A stretch of DNA of 64,000 nucleotides from Selaginella moellendorffii. Lineage: Eukaryota > Plantae > Lycopodiophyta. The translations under genes were made by a program, and so were the position numbers. Below, in pieces: positions 63,075-64,000 of the stretch (the stretch's first letter is position 1; every line of letters begins with the position of its first letter). The stretch spans positions 2,845,060 to 2,909,059 of the forward strand of contig NW_003314269.1 in assembly GCF_000143415.4 (NCBI RefSeq), in the 5' to 3' direction. Below the pieces are notes generated by a model, which was given only the letters and a program-made list of their open reading frames with translations, did not search any database and had not been told where the DNA came from.

Positions 63075-64000
63075 ATGGATCTGTATCGCATAGCCGATGC
63101 AGGACGTGGAGATGAAGATCGCTCTAAGGATTCCACAGGGCCGTCAATCCTCTCTTGCTCCGCATTTTACCCTAGCTGCATCTATGATTTGAAGAGCATT
63201 GCCGCCTTGGTGGAGAAGGTGTGGCAACCAAGGAGATGAGGCTCATGATTCGAGATGTTCGCAACGTGATGGCTGCACGGCATAAGCTCAAGCCTGGATC
63301 ACTTGGCTGCATTTATCAAGTTCGTGATTCCGTTGGATTCTGCAATTCTTGAAGAAGGTACATTTGTTGTATATGATCCCTGTTTCCAATCTGAAGCCGG
63401 AGGATGACAAGACGATGGAAGTTGACATGTCATCGCAGTCTCCATCAAAGCAGAATGTGCTACCTGAGCTGGAAATACTGTGTTACCTCATAGTTCTGAT
63501 CTACTTGATCGACCAGAAGCAGTGTAAGCAGGTGAATCCTCGCACTTCCGTTTGGTGCTTACTTTGTTTTCGAAACCAAGGCTTGCAGGTATCAAGAGAT
63601 TGCAACAGATGAATCGGAGGACATTGATATTTTGGCATCAAGGCTGTATTCATGGTCTACGACACGTGGCGGTGGACGGTCGCCCGCGCTGCGCCAATTC
63701 ATCATGCCGTAAACCATCCAAAAGAAGACCTATCCTAAGTGACTAGTAGGGGGCAGGTGGATCAAGCAGAGAAGCTTCATTCAACGTCTCAGCGATCTGA
63801 CTCATATTCGAATCAGCAGCTGATCAATTATATGGTCCTTTCTATCACTAGTGTTGACAGGACATTCATTGGCAGCTCTATCTTGGAAAAATCAGAACTA
63901 TCCAATTGGAATACATCATGCCGCAAGAAAAGCACCGACAATTCCCCGTGGCTTCCGGATACAATGTAGCAAATGGGAGTGATTGTTGGACTCCAACTGG
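63075..64000 (+). pseudogene. RPN3: RPN3 pseudogene duplicate, truncated at window end
   Basis: NVLPELEILCYLIVLIYLIDQKQ and DQAEKLHS; colinear with 54180-55200. Confidence 0.8.

Larger units (their letters stand above)
58805..64000 (+). repeat. Second unit of a tandem segmental duplication (first unit ~49310-55200)
   Basis: Same order and orientation MAD1(+)/PPR(-)/RPN3(+), with shared intergenic sequence (53850-54110 vs 62740-63000). Confidence 0.9.

Noticed and set aside
1-64000. tRNA, rRNA or CRISPR arrays
   Set aside because: None recognised by eye; tRNAscan/Rfam would be needed to exclude small RNA genes.

Overview
Eukaryotic plant nuclear DNA. Very short introns (~50-60 nt), tightly packed GC-rich genes, a DELLA gene and PLS-type PPR relics point to a lycophyte, most likely Selaginella (inference). 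Two gene-dense blocks are separated by AT-rich transposon debris. Block 1 (3.7-21.8 kb) holds an LRR receptor-like protein and its pseudogene copy, ATPC, PILS, sphingoid base hydroxylase, a group C MAPK, CFIm68/CPSF6-like, mTERF and DELLA. Block 2 (42.5-52.4 kb) holds a split lipocalin, thioredoxin y, prohibitin, PEX3, an unknown plastid-type protein and MAD1. The transposon debris includes a Helitron PIF1 relic, a copia 3' end, two gypsy relics and two same-family solo LTRs with target-site duplications. The last 15 kb contain a decayed tandem segmental duplication (MAD1-PPR-RPN3) around an agglutinin/aerolysin-like pseudogene. The most notable element is an intact, nuclear, catalytically dead group II intron reverse transcriptase/maturase of the RVT_N-bearing cyanobacterial/chloroplast type at 34069-35970. 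It appears to have gained three spliceosomal introns and a new C-terminus. The second is a secreted lipocalin interrupted by a ~230-aa helical insertion. Exon boundaries were read by eye and need RNA-seq confirmation.
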